Notes under the pieces: generated by a model
Database searches by the model: none
Seen by the model: the letters and a program-made list of their open reading frames with translations, nothing else
What the model was told of the DNA's origin: nothing
DNA from: Raillietiella orientalis
Lineage: Eukaryota
Assembly: GCA_036172245.1 (NCBI GenBank)
Contig: JAYWIR010000019.1
Span: 1,240,001-1,304,000, forward strand
Reading direction: 5' to 3'
Length of the DNA stretch: 64,000 bases
Translations under genes and position numbers: made by a program
Shown: one piece after another, positions 50,445 to 62,123 of the stretch
Numbering within the stretch: the first letter of the stretch is position 1
Layout: each line of letters opens with the position of its first letter

Positions 50445-50740
50445 CATTTCATTATTGACTATTGCCCATCATCAACGACTCCTCATGACTATCAAGCAAA
50501 ATTCTACTATCCTGACAAAAAGTAGCCCCTATATTCATCATCTCCCTCTCACCATCACCAGTTATCCTACTTTCCACAATTCTCAGAGCCATAATAGTCG
50601 CCATCATAGCTCTGACCACCTCATCTACCCGACTACTTATAACCTATTCATCTATTTCCCACATAGCATGAATAACCTCCACAATAAATACATCCTCCAC
50701 AATATGAATTACATTCTTAGCCATCTATTCCATCAATCCC
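50445..50740. repeat. Degenerate (CAT/NAT)n trinucleotide low-complexity tract
   Basis: Strong 3-nt periodicity and G depletion on the plus strand; explains the His/Asn/Tyr-rich spurious ORF. Confidence 0.6.
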
Positions 50741-51617
50741 GCAGAAGTTAAAAAAAGGGGCAAAAGGAGAAAACTTTCTCCCATTTGCCCCTCGCAGCAC
50801 GCCGTGCAACCGCTACGCGATCTCGGAGCTTCCAAGACCGGAAAAGAGTGACTCTTCATGGTTTCAGGAAGAGTTGGAAAAGGGTTTCAGGTTTTCAGGT
50901 TGAGAAACGGTACCTGGAGCATGAAGCTCCACATTTCCCAGTCCACCGTCTAGGACGCTATCACTTTCATCGCAGCCACGTGCTAGAAGTGCCGTCGACT
51001 TTCAGAGGAATGGCTCAGTTTCGGGGTAGGTTAATGGCCAGGTGAATAAGATTTTGTCACCATTTTGAAAAGCCCAGAAAAGTGCGGTGCCCAAGGACTT
51101 CCTCCAATAAGGTGAGGAAAATTCGAAAATCGAGCGAAATTTCCCAGGGACCTCGGGAATTTCGGAAAGCAGTTTCGGAATTCACAATCTCTCCTCTTCT
51201 CCAGCACGCCTTCTGCATTCCTCATGATGGTCACTCTCCCGCGTACGTCGATCACAAGAAGGAAAAAACAGGCGTCATTCTTCCTGAGGCACAATCTTTC
51301 TGAAAGTCCACTTCTCGATGCATGGCCCGGACCATCGAGTCCATCACCATCCGGAACGCCGCCTGATAGCGAAGCGCGCGCCAGAGAGACCTCAGGACAA
51401 CGGCTGATCGGAGGCGTGGGGTATTCGCAAACGTCCAGGGAGCGTTTCCGTGGACTGCTGGGCACGGGTTCGACAAGAAAGAACAAGATGATGGCATTGA
51501 CTTCTAAGACGTATTGAAGGATCTTTGAGTCCCCGTAGCGGAGAAGGGAACGGCTGCAAATGTCTGCCTCCATCCTGGCAAATACCGTAAAGGTAAGTAA
51601 ATTCATTGATAGCAGCG

Positions 51618-51695
51618 TAAGGACGCAGGTAGTAGGGTAGGACCGGTAGGACGGACTCAGGTAGTAGGGTAGGAGTAGGATAGGACCGGTCAGGA
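51618..51695. repeat. Short tandem repeat (ggacNcaggtagtagggtagga / taggaccggt units)
   Basis: caggtagtagggtagga occurs twice and taggaccggt twice within 80 nt. Confidence 0.7.
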
Positions 51696-51949
51696 AGATA
51701 GAGACGAACGACCGCACTTTAGATCCCCGTCACCAGAAACCTTCCCAGAGCTGCTCTGGTCTGTTGCCTCTCTCATCCGGACTGTTCCCATTTCCTGGAC
51801 TGTGCATGCGTTTGGGCAGGTTAAGAACGAATTAACCTGGACGAAACTTTAGGGATGAAGATGAGTTTCTCCTGGAAGCTGAAGACCGGTAGACCTTGGT
51901 CTTGCCAACAATAGTGAGACCTGCTTTCAGAAGGAAGGGGAGGGGCCGT

Positions 51950-53150
51950 ACAAGGAAGATTGAGACTACTTGAAGAAGCGGGACTCTCAAACAAGTATGC
52001 AAGCGTATCCCCTCCGAATCCCAGTCTAGAGAATCCTCTCTTGCACGACCCAGAAAGCGCAGCGAGCAACTTGTTCAGGGAGCTTCGTATGGAAGGAGAG
52101 AGTTCTTTGTGCTCATTTCTCGATTTCCACGGAAACGGAAAGCGGGTCCATTTCTCAGATTGATCGATCCCTCTAAAATGCTCCAGTGTACCACTTTGTG
52201 TTGGAGATCGATGTCGAGGGAAGTTCTTTGGATACAGTGTCTCGATTCCAGCTTGTGAGGTGCCAGTTCTTGGTTGATCTCCTTCAGTGAACTCACAGAA
52301 ACCGTGTGTTGTCTGACCGTTAGGTGTCCCTGAAGGACAAAAGGAAACTGATGGTTTCATGAGTACATTCTTTCTCTGTGAGGGTGTTCTCTGAAGGGCT
52401 GCTCACAATCCATAGGGACGGTGAGGCGTTGGAGCTCTGGGAAGCTTGCGAGAGACTCGATTTTAAAACGAGATCGTCGTCTGGGTCGAAGGCAATGCAA
52501 GCCATTGATGGAAACCAGCTGATCCAAACCAATGATTTTGGACTGGAACTAACGGATTCTGCGGTGCTAAATTTTGGTCGGAAGTGTCATCAACGAATAA
52601 GTAAATGAAACTGATTCCAGGAAGTCTGGGGAACCTGTGAGCCAAGTCCTCGCGGGAGAGCTGCGGGCAGTGGTTCGCCTTGTTCACTCCCATCAGCGTC
52701 GTTCACCCGTCTCAATGGAACTATCTCCGTTAGTTAGCGTGCTGCCATCCACGCTAAACATTTAAACCACCGAGGTGTATCCCGTTCTACCACTTTCGAG
52801 CGCTTCACGAAGGAAGGGAACCGGGAAGACGGAAAAAAACTCTGTTGTCGGCCTTTTTTCTTTTTCCTTCGCCCGGCTGCAGGCCTTTGCTGATGAGTCA
52901 ACAGGTGTGCAGAGCAGCCAGGGGTGAATCAGTGATGAAAAAGGAGATTGCTGGTCATTCGGTCGCTCGGTTCGCCTTGGCTGTCCTTGCAGACTGGATG
53001 AAGATAATTGATACGCCAGATTTCTTGTGGAAGAATCGAACGAGGTGGAGGCCAAACGACGCAGCGAGTCTGTTTTTTTGGCAAACTCTTGAGAAGCGAG
53101 CACGAAGGGGAGAAGGGCAACCATGTGACCTGCTGTGCCAGCGAGCTCGC
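51950..53150 (-). mobile_element. Decayed CR1-like non-LTR reverse transcriptase fragment
   Basis: Ordered motifs: GVSIIFIQSARTAK (cf. VDVIYLDFSKAFD), GVNKANHCPQL...LPGISFIYLFVDDT (cf. GVPQGSVLGPLLF...LFADDT), SLWIVSSPSEN (cf. GVxxDSxLSF), ELAPHKLES (cf. SLVRPxLEY). Confidence 0.45.
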
Positions 53151-54669
53151 GAGCTTCCCCGTAGAACCAGACAGCAAGCAGCGACGGACCCCGCGCTCTC
53201 GGTCGCCACCCACAATTCGCACTCGGGATGGATGATGGCGGGGTGGGGTCCTTCGAGGACACACGACCAAATCCCCGTCCTCCTGAGGAAAAACGCGCAC
53301 GCGATGTGCGGAATGCCCGATTCCAGAAAAGAAGAGGAAGGGGAGAAGGTGTTTGCATTCATGGAAGCGCGCTCCCTAAGCCCTTTTCTGCCAGCCTTAG
53401 ACGAGCAGCTCAAGGCTTCGCAGATGCAGCAAAGAGTCCATTTATCAGTATTTCCTGCATCCCTCTGAATTTCTCCTCTCGGTTCCTGGATGTCATCCCT
53501 GCAAGGGGTCGCCCTCGCGAGCCAAAAAATAAAAAATGACCAAGGGGATCGAGGACTACTACCACCTGCACCGACTGTGGTGACTCGGTTCGCTCAGTGC
53601 CCATGAGCGCGCGGCAATCTCAGCTCAAGGCCAAGCATTCGTCTCGGCGGAAACATGTCTTCCTACGCACTCGCTCCGAACTTTCAAATATTTTGAAAAA
53701 GCGGGGATGACTTCGCCTTCAGGGACTGACAAGGATGCAGTCATCATCTACCATGCTGGAACCAGATGAGATGGGATCCGACGTTCCTCAAGTTCTTTCC
53801 TAGCCCGCATCTCGAATCTTCAAGACTCATGATCCTTCTTGTTTCATGTTTCCTGGCATCCTTTTTGAATGAGGTAGTTTGGATCTTTGGACCGAAACCT
53901 ATGAATCTTCGTTTCCTTTCAATCTTCCTTTCAAGTCCCAAGTGATACGCGGGTTCATGACGGAATTTTCATGCTCCGAGAGCTTGTTCCTGCATTCGGA
54001 TGCTGATCGTTTCCAGCCATGAGGACTGACAGAGGTGAACTCCGCAGCGAGTGGAGAAGTGTCCCAGATCTTCGAAAACTTTGATCCTTCCCCGTGAACT
54101 CCTCGGCTGTTCTCCGCGGGCGATGCCATCTTCGTCTCGCCTTCTTCTTCCACTTCACGTCACCTCCTCTTTACCACTGACCAACTATCCCTTTCTTCCT
54201 CACTGATTCACCTCTGGCTGCTCTGCACGCCTGTTGACTCATTATCAAAGACTCTCAGCCAGGTAAAGAAAAAGAAAAACGAAGACCGACAGCAGAGTTT
54301 TTTTTCAGTAGTCGATCTGCTCCCATTCGTGGGTGTTGTGGGAGACGCAAGCATGACGTCTTCGTCCGGATGCTGCACTTGAGAAGACGGCAGAATTAAA
54401 CAGAAAAGTTGACGGGCGTCGCATAAGAGTAGCAAATCGTTGCAGCTTCAGCCTAAATACGAGAGATGCAATTCGGAAACCATGCAGCAGCTACAGTTTC
54501 TGAGATAGGGAACGGAGAGAGGCAGTAGGGCCTCTTTTCGAACCCGAAGAATTGCCCAACGATTCAAATGGTCGAAGGATCTAGAAGAGTCCGGCTCCAC
54601 GACAGTGGCAGAAGGCTGAGCTTGAAGAACTTTAAGCAGCCCGAGACTATTCCTGAGAAGAGAGGCGCT

Positions 54670-55480
54670 CCTTGGTCCAGATGGGAGTCTGTTACGGAAC
54701 TCCCCAATCTTCACTCGCGCAAGGGAAACAGAGCCGAGTTGGTCGCTCCGGCTGGAAAAAACACAGTGGGTCAACAAAACCTCTTTCATCTGCGTGGGGT
54801 GGTGGTGGAGTGATGATGTGCATGCAGCTTGCTGCTCTGTTCAAGAAGTCGGATCCTCTCTACCAGAATACGTGTAGACTTATTAAGAGGACGTAGGGAG
54901 TCACAGATCAAAGTCCAGGAGTGCATCCGTCTTCAAATGGACGCATGGAGGGAGATCTCCAGCGCGCAGGGGCCATGTGAGGATGAACAGCCCTCCGTCG
55001 GACTTCCAGCAGCATATCGGTCCTTCCAGTGCCTCTTCCAGGAGACTCCGCTTGAATGATTGGAAGACCACGGCTCGAAAAGGGAAGGTGGCTTCCCTGT
55101 GTCCAGCTCTCTGGTTTTGGGGATCGGAACTTTGGAGATTTCCAAGTTCTTCGGTGCTGCACTCTCGACACCCACGATCACGGCGCTCTTGAAAGTGAGG
55201 AAGATGAAGACCACGTGCCTTCTGTCGCTCAGAAATCACGTCGAGTTGGCTCTCTGCTTCTCGCTGCCGCGAACGGAAGCAGTCTCGGGAGAGAGGGGAA
55301 GAGCGGAACTTGACCTGATCTCGAAAAGGCACTCGGGAAGGAGAGAGGGGAGATGGTCTCCGAGGCTCTGTGACCGCGCTGCTCCAACCAAGGCAAGTGA
55401 TGGGTGTAACCCCGAAAGTGTTCTCGAAGATAAAATGTGTATTCGGCGTGGTCTGCTTTCTGTTTCTGCAGCTGCTGGGC
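54670..55480 (+). mobile_element. Possible decayed non-LTR RT fragment
   Basis: QMGVCYG, LLRGRRESQIKV...ISSAQG, VQLSGFGDR and LLKVRKMKTTCL appear in RT-like order; each is individually weak. Confidence 0.3.
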
Positions 55481-55692
55481 CGCTGCATCCCTGGAGACCA
55501 TCGTCGATCTCTTCTGAGACGATGTTCAGAACCCTATCCAGGACGAGCGAGGGTTTCGTGACAGGGATGGAACGGAGATGCCAACGTGTCACTCTTCCTC
55601 GAGGTTAGTCCGATCCGAGTCGCACTTTCCTGACCGACAAGAGAGCACCGAAAGGATGCAAGGCACTCTGAAGCATCCTCATGCGGCTCTCC

Positions 55693-55838
55693 GCAACTGA
55701 TCACGGAGAGGGAGCAGATCAAGTGATCGTAGGTAACCGAGAGAAAAGTATGACTTTCACTGGCTGTGGTCACCATCTCCGGAGAGGCAGGAAAAGGAAC
55801 ACTTTAAATTTAAACCATTTTGCGATCTCGTAGAAGCA
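55693..55838 (+). repeat. Dispersed repeat copy A1 (paralogue at 60171-60323)
   Basis: Shared blocks gcaactgatcac, agcagatc, taggtaac, tgactttc, catctccggagaggca, aaaaggaa and tagaagca in the same order and spacing. Confidence 0.8.
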
Positions 55839-55869
55839 CCGTTCACCCCTGGTGGCGCCATCCGCTCAG

Positions 55870-58150
55870 CTCCTCACAGCTGCCGCTCTCCGCCCGTGCT
55901 GCCAATGAAGGGGAAGTTTAAGGGTGTCTTCGAGCATTGGGATGGTCGACGGGGATGAGGTGGATTCGTCGATATGGTTGCTACCAGCAAAGTCCACTTC
56001 ACGGGATGTTCTGACTGGCAGTCATCGAGGAAGGCGCTCAGCCGGCCCGCATGTGGCTCCTGACGCTTTCGCAGGATTGCGAAACTCCGGAGAGCAATTG
56101 AGAAGTTCATCACCACCCACGCCTTGCATCTTTTCGGGGCTTTCTTGCCAATCAAGAAAACGCAACTCGAATCGGACTGACCGCGGAGAAGAGTGGCACG
56201 TTGCAGCGTCTCTTAACCCTTTCAAAGTCTTTGTATCCTCAAGCAAACCACCTTGGCGAGTGGATTTATTCAGGATAGTGGGTCAAGAAATATGTGGGCC
56301 CAAGATGGTGAGGATGAAGGATTTTTGATGATCAGGATGGTGAAGACGAGGAATATGGAATATGAGGACTAGGAAGATAAAGACTACAACACGGATGGTG
56401 ATAATGGATAAAGACAATCTGGCAGTAGGAATGCTCTCTGCAAGGTCTTGATTTTTAACAAAGGATCACCTTGGAAGCTCCCTATGAAGGAGTCAAGAAG
56501 ACTGTCAACACTCAGCAGGCACCGCCACTAACCAGGTTGTTCCTCGAGGTCCGGAGAACCCAGAGTCTCATCTGTGGAGAATTCCACTGGGTCCCCGCTG
56601 TCGACACCGCGGAACCCTTCCTTTCCGTGTCTTCCATTCGCGGATCGGAACGCAAGTGCAGGAGTTCGCGGGACATCAGTGTGCGCACGCAAAGGAGGCA
56701 GAAAGATGGCGCGATCGCGGAGTCATCTTTCTTCCGGATAAAGAACGCTCGTTCCCGCGGGTATGAGTTTTTCCTCTCATCTCGGGTGACCTCTGACCGG
56801 CTAATATGGAATGAGCTTGCGGGCCGCCGACGAGGATCTGCAGTCCCCTGGGGACCATCAGCTCTCCTCACACGCGAGGAGCTCGGGAGAGCCCACGAGA
56901 GCGAGGGAGAGGAGAAAGGAATAGGACTCCCGGTCCACCTCACTCCCACCTGTCTCTGGGTACTTCCTCGTGTTCCTTGCGCAGCACGAGGGAACGCAGC
57001 CGCTTCCGTCAGTCCCTTTCGTCGCATTTCCTCCCGAACTGGGGAGGGGGGGCTGGGCGGTCGATGTGTGATCGGCCAAGACCGTTTCCGGGAAACGTGA
57101 TAACTACTCTCGCGCTATGAGGATCAGCTGCACAGAAAAGAAGTGCGCCTGACCTTACCCTTCCTTCCCTCTCTGTCCGAGCAGCAGCACCGCGAAGGCG
57201 AGCGCCTTGCCGTTCAGATGGGGACGGAGGGGGGGAGCTGCAGCTACGGGAGCGTCAGGAAGAGGAGGAGGCATCCCCTCCGTTTCTCTCCTCCTCCGTC
57301 ATTCCTCCTCATCTCCGGAGGAGAGCGAGCTCCCGAGAGCCTCCTCCTCGGATGTTCGTCCCCCTGAGGCGGCGGAGACATCGGACGGCCCTGCTCACCT
57401 CTTCATGAGGTCCTCGGTCAGCCTCCCAAGCCAGGAAAACTTCGTCTCCTTGGATATGGCGGCGCTGAGTGGAGGGGAGACGCTGCGATGATCCAGGGTT
57501 CTCCCTTGCCTCCTCCTTCTGGTTCCTGGAGTGAAGAAGACGTGCAAAAGAGAGGAAGGGCCGGAAGGGAGGTGGAGGACAGGGAAGAAGGAAACTTTGG
57601 GACTCAGGAGCTGCTCCTCTTTCACTTCCTCCTCCAGAGTCAGGGGTTGACTCAGGAGCAGCGTTCAGAGTCCTTCTCCCCGGGAGCGCTCCCGAGGGAG
57701 ACGTGCCCGGAGGCAACTAGGTGGCAGTGATCCAGCCCGCAGCCAGGGTCGCCCCTCTTCTTCCGAGGCTCCGGGCATGTTCCTTCCCACGCGCGTTCGA
57801 GGGTGCCCTCCAGAGACCCTCTAGCCCCGAGGAGCGGCGCGGGTCTCCCAGACGACCCGACGCCGGGTCGAGGAGAAGTTGCAGAAGACGGTCCTGCGCG
57901 CACCCCGCGCTCCCGCTTCCCGCACCTGCACGGACGATGGTCGTTTCCCGGAGAAGGACGTTCCTTCTCCCGCATGCGTGGACCCGTGTAGCGGGAACCG
58001 AGAGCGCTCGAAAAGCTGCCGGATGCGTGGCAGTGCTTTCGACGTTGCATCCCTGGCGGCGTGAAGCTGAATGTCTGAGGACACTGAGAGTCTCGAGCGG
58101 GTCTCCGCCGTCCTGCAAGGTTCCGGACGGAGGCTGTTCCTGTAGGGGTC
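55870..58150 (-). mobile_element. Decayed 5' half of an APE-type non-LTR retrotransposon (gag-like knuckles plus endonuclease)
   Basis: Degenerate knuckle-like region at ~58080-57880, then ILVGGPQAHSILAGQRSPEMRGK (cf. ILGDFNAHSxxWGxxxxNxRG), AFF...DSAIAPSF (cf. PTF...SxIDLxF), LRSDP (cf. LGSDH), QWNS. Interrupted by a degenerate (GAT)n tract at ~56300-56410. Confidence 0.45.
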
Positions 58151-59377
58151 TCCGACGCGGCACCGCCCTCAGGGCTCTCTACATGAAGTGCCGTCTGGAC
58201 GCGGAGCGCTGCCATCTCCCTGAATTCCCGGAAACCTTCGCCCTCGGGTCACGCCTTCGTCTCAAATGCTGCCGAAAAGTTGGGAAGTTGTTCCCCCCTC
58301 CGTGTGCTCCTGCCCACGACATCCCTCGCTGTGGTTCCTTCGTCTGGGAGGGAGCCAGGGTCGACCGATGCGATCCCTGCTTCCTGTCTCACGAGTGTTT
58401 CCCTCCGTTCAGCGCCTGGGAACACACTGCACTCCTCAGCGAAGCACGACGCCCTTCTTTCTCCCCCTCCCCCTCTTGGGGTCAGGGGAGCACTTTGTCG
58501 AAATGAGAGGATCGGCGATCAACGACCAGCGCCTCTCCCAGCCATCTTGCGGGGCGCCCTCGTCACGACTTCCGCGCCACGAGCGCTGGCGCCTGCCGAC
58601 CTGTTTATCGCGGCTTGGTTGTTTGATCCCGCACTGCACGCACGGTGCGAGCCACCTCTTGTCCAGAAAAGGCCTTTCCCACCCATGGTCATGCGGGGAA
58701 ACCACGCGGAAGCAGCCGCGCGTGAGCTCCTCGCTCTCAAAGGGCAAGGAGTCCACGACGGACTAAGTTAGGTCAGCTGAAGGAAGATGCCGCTCTCGGC
58801 GGTTTTCGAGGACGCGCGCTCCGAAAGTCGGCTTCCTGACGATCCTTTGCCCTGAATCGAGATGTTCCTAACATCTGCGGCGGTGTTCTGCAGCTGAGCG
58901 GGCTCTTCACATCAGAGGACAGGAAACCACGAAAAGGACCTCGATTTGGTGACACGACCAACCAGCCTAGAGAGATCGAGAGGAGCGAAAGCAAGGATGT
59001 CAGCTCGCGGTCCGTTTTTTTCGAGTGCCCTTCCCAGTGGGCGGACGAAGAAGCGTTATCGGCTGTCTGTTCCCTCTTCCTCGATCCACGGCTTCAGACC
59101 ATCACGCAGTGTCCTCCGAGAACATTCGTCATTTTCGCAGCACCACACAAACAGCACACTAGCAGACCATTCGCACCACACGAGCAGCATCCGTTCCCTG
59201 GCTCACGTATGGTACGATCCCGATCGCGGTTGTTGACACAGAGGTTTCCGAGCATCTTCCCACAGATGGACGTGTGAGCAACCCGTTGCTATAGGTGCTG
59301 TCTTCGGAGCGCTCTGGACACGAGGCAAGCACCACTTTGAGTTCTTTTAAACACGGCTGCTTCAGAATTGCAAACCC

Positions 59378-59497
59378 TGCAATTTTCCGGTCAGAACACA
59401 TTGACCCCACTCAGGACGAATTGCCCTTCCTGGAGGCTGCAATTTTCCTGTCAGGAGGTGCTGACCCCGTGCCGAGGACAGGATGCTCTTGCTTGAG
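59378..59497 (+). repeat. Diverged tandem duplication, 60-nt period
   Basis: ctgcaattttcc(g/t)gtcag...tgacccc...aggac at 59378 and 59438. Confidence 0.7.
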
Positions 59498-59966
59498 TCA
59501 GAAGAACGCAACTTGCGCACCTTGAGAGATCGAGTTCTTCAACCACACGAGTGGTTCCCTCGAGGGTCGCCTATAAACGATCTGTTGAGAACGCATACTG
59601 CTGGTAGGTTTTGCGTCCGCATGGATTTTCGACCTTATTATTTCCGATTTTCGACTCCTTTTCAGGAAACAGCGGGTCTTCGTTGACCGGACGCAACCCT
59701 TTGGGGTTGACGTATCCGCCGAGATGACCAGACTCGAATTTCAGTACTCCCGGATGAAACGAGACCAACGGGCAGCTGAACGAAGGATGCATGCAAGAGT
59801 GGAAGTTCCATACGCTCCAGTGAAAGGGGAATTTCTAATGTACAATACATGAGGACGGAAAGAAGAATAAGAGAGTGGATTTTCTTGTTTCTTTGGACAC
59901 TTTTTTCGTTCAGTTGGGTGCCGGAGAGATGGTGGTACGAAACGTTCCACGCTGCCACAAGGAATG

Positions 59967-60064
59967 GCAGAGAAATTTTTTAAAAAAGAAGCCAAAGAGT
60001 GACGCATGAAAGCAAGATACGACTGACCATCTGAAGTCAGTCAAGGATGGCTGCAACAGGATGG
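59967..60064 (+). repeat. Direct repeat copy B1 (paralogue at 61153-61261)
   Basis: agccaaagagtga.gcatga.agcaagat..gacYgaccatct..gtcRgtcaa...ggatggctgcaacaggatgg is shared. Confidence 0.85.
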
Positions 60065-60170
60065 AGAAACAAAACAGTGAAAACCACGCTTTCGGACGTT
60101 GACCATGCAGTCGTGGTAAAACCAAAGCAGCTCGTCAAAGTGTCAGTTTTGGTAGGAAACGTGGTTCCTC

Positions 60171-60323
60171 GCAACTGATCACACAGAGGAAGCAGATCGA
60201 GCAATCATAGGTAACAGGGAGCAAAAGGTGACTTTCTCTGTCTGTGGTTAGCATCTCCGGAGAGGCAAGAAAAGGAATACTTTTACTCTGAACGGGCGCC
60301 CGCGCCCGTTCAGAGTAGAAGCA
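60171..60323 (+). repeat. Dispersed repeat copy A2, containing a perfect palindrome at 60284-60317
   Basis: Aligns with 55693-55838; contains tactctgaacgggcgc-cc-gcgcccgttcagagta. Confidence 0.8.
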
Positions 60324-60399
60324 GAGTGTCAAAGTCCATATTCAGTGCTCAAGAGGATCCTGGATCAGGAGCCAGAGCCAAAGTCCGTACTCGGTGCTC

Positions 60400-60680
60400 A
60401 AGTGATACTGAATTCTGGGCTCGGGATTCGAATGAGAAGCGTCCGAACCTGCGCGTCTTTGCAAAAGAGCAGTTCTCTTGTCGGAGCACAGGATCGAGTC
60501 TTCCTGGACCCAAAGGAACAGCTACTCTGAGGCATTCTCCTTGCTCAAAGAGCTGCCGATCGTGTCCAGGATCATGCTGTACATCCCCACTGGGTCCACC
60601 GAGTCACGACCCCGGAAAAGCGCACACAGCAAGAGGACGAGGAGGACCTCTCCTGCAAAATACACCCGCCGCTGCTGGAG
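60400..60680 (+). mobile_element. Possible hAT transposase C-terminal dimerisation-domain relic
   Basis: FWARDSNEKRPNLRVFAK and LPIVSRIMLYIPTGSTESRPRKS resemble hAT FW...PxL..LA and LxIPxxSxxxERxFS motifs; the ERxFS core is degenerate. Confidence 0.3.
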
Positions 60681-61152
60681 AGGGAAACTCGCTCCCAGCA
60701 TTCTCGTCTCTAGATGGGACTGCAGGAAAAGGGGGAGATTTTTCTCTTAAGAAAGAACATCCACACAGGAAAAATGCTGTCCTTCCTAACCAGAGCAAAC
60801 CGTTTCCTTCCTCAAAGAGGCACACTTAAAGTTGAAGATCCAGCCAAGCTGGCGTGGTGTGCTGGTTGAACGGTGGCTTCGTGACGGTTCGCTATGCATG
60901 TTTCGAAATGCCCTTGGAGTCTGCAGCTAAGGAACCCGGGAAGAGATGACCAGGTGGAAACCGAAAACGCCCTGGGAGAAAACGATGGGACCGCCTTCAC
61001 GGTATTTGGGAGCATGTGGGAGCTCCGGATCCGAACTCGGGTTCGAAATGGGTCGCGAGTTCGTGGGTCGGAAGCGCGTAGCAGTCCAGCACGGAAATCC
61101 ATACCACTGAACGGCGGTGGTGCAAGCGAGGGGGGTATCAGCAGCCGAGATA

Positions 61153-61261
61153 GCAGCGAAATCTTTTGAAAAAGGAGCCAAAGAGTGAGGCATGACAGCA
61201 AGATGTGACCGACCATCTGGGTCGGTCAACGAGAAGCCTCAGGATGGCTGCAACAGGATGG
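61153..61261 (+). repeat. Direct repeat copy B2
   Basis: Aligns with 59967-60064, with a ~12-nt insertion (cgagaagcctca). Confidence 0.85.
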
Positions 61262-62084
61262 TGACTTTTGAGGAGAGAAAAGCAAAAAACAAAAACAACA
61301 GGCAAGTTTTCATCTTCAGCTCGGGTTCCAAGTTCCTTGAAAAGGTTCTTCGAAGATACCTATCTATGCAGAGAAAATTTCATAGGGAATGCAGCAGGGC
61401 GCGAGATCGTTTGCAAAGGAAATCATCAAAATCAGAGAGTCACTCTTTCCTCACGCTAACGAGGGAGTTTCGCCGCTTCCAGGAAATGGGGTCCTTTATC
61501 TCGGCTTGCACCTCTGAAGAGGCAGGAGCTTGGTTTTGTTCCTCTGCCATTTCATCTGTCCGCACTGCATCTATTGCCAGAGCAGGTTGCCTCAGGAGCA
61601 CGTCTTTCGGCATGCTCTCCTAAGAACGGAGAGGAGCCCACGCTGCCACGGAGGTGTTTGCGAACCGAGCTGTACTTCATCGATTCTCCGTGGAGTTTCG
61701 ATCTAGCTGATGCACTCCGCCCCCATCCGATGCATCCGAGCACCAGATACCCCTGCGAGCAAATACAAATAAGTTAAGAGCCAGTTTGCTCGATTTTGCC
61801 TCCCACAGAAATTCCTTTCTCCTGAAGTATTTCGTCCAAGCGGGATCCGCGGAGATCCCATCCATTTCGTCCATTTTGCAGCTGCCTCGATTCATCAAAT
61901 TCGTGCTAACCCTTGAAGCTTTCCGTGGTCCCGGATCCTCATAAAGTGCATGCGGTCAGGTTTGCCCACGCATTCCTCTTCCTCGGATGGGCTCCCTGGC
62001 TGCTGTACGATGCAGGGGGGCTCGGAACCCAGTCGGTATTTCGCGTTACAGGGACGGAGAGTACTTTCCGTTTCCACGGCAGGG

Positions 62085-62123
62085 AGTGGCACAGCGCACT
62101 TCCGAGGGGTGCACTGTGCCACT
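62085..62123. repeat. Near-perfect hairpin (14/15-bp arms)
   Basis: agtggcacagcgcac-ttccgaggg-gtgcactgtgccact. Confidence 0.8.

Noticed and set aside
50785..51000. THAP-like fragment (VTLHGFRKSW)
   Set aside because: The zinc-binding Cys/His pattern is not recoverable.
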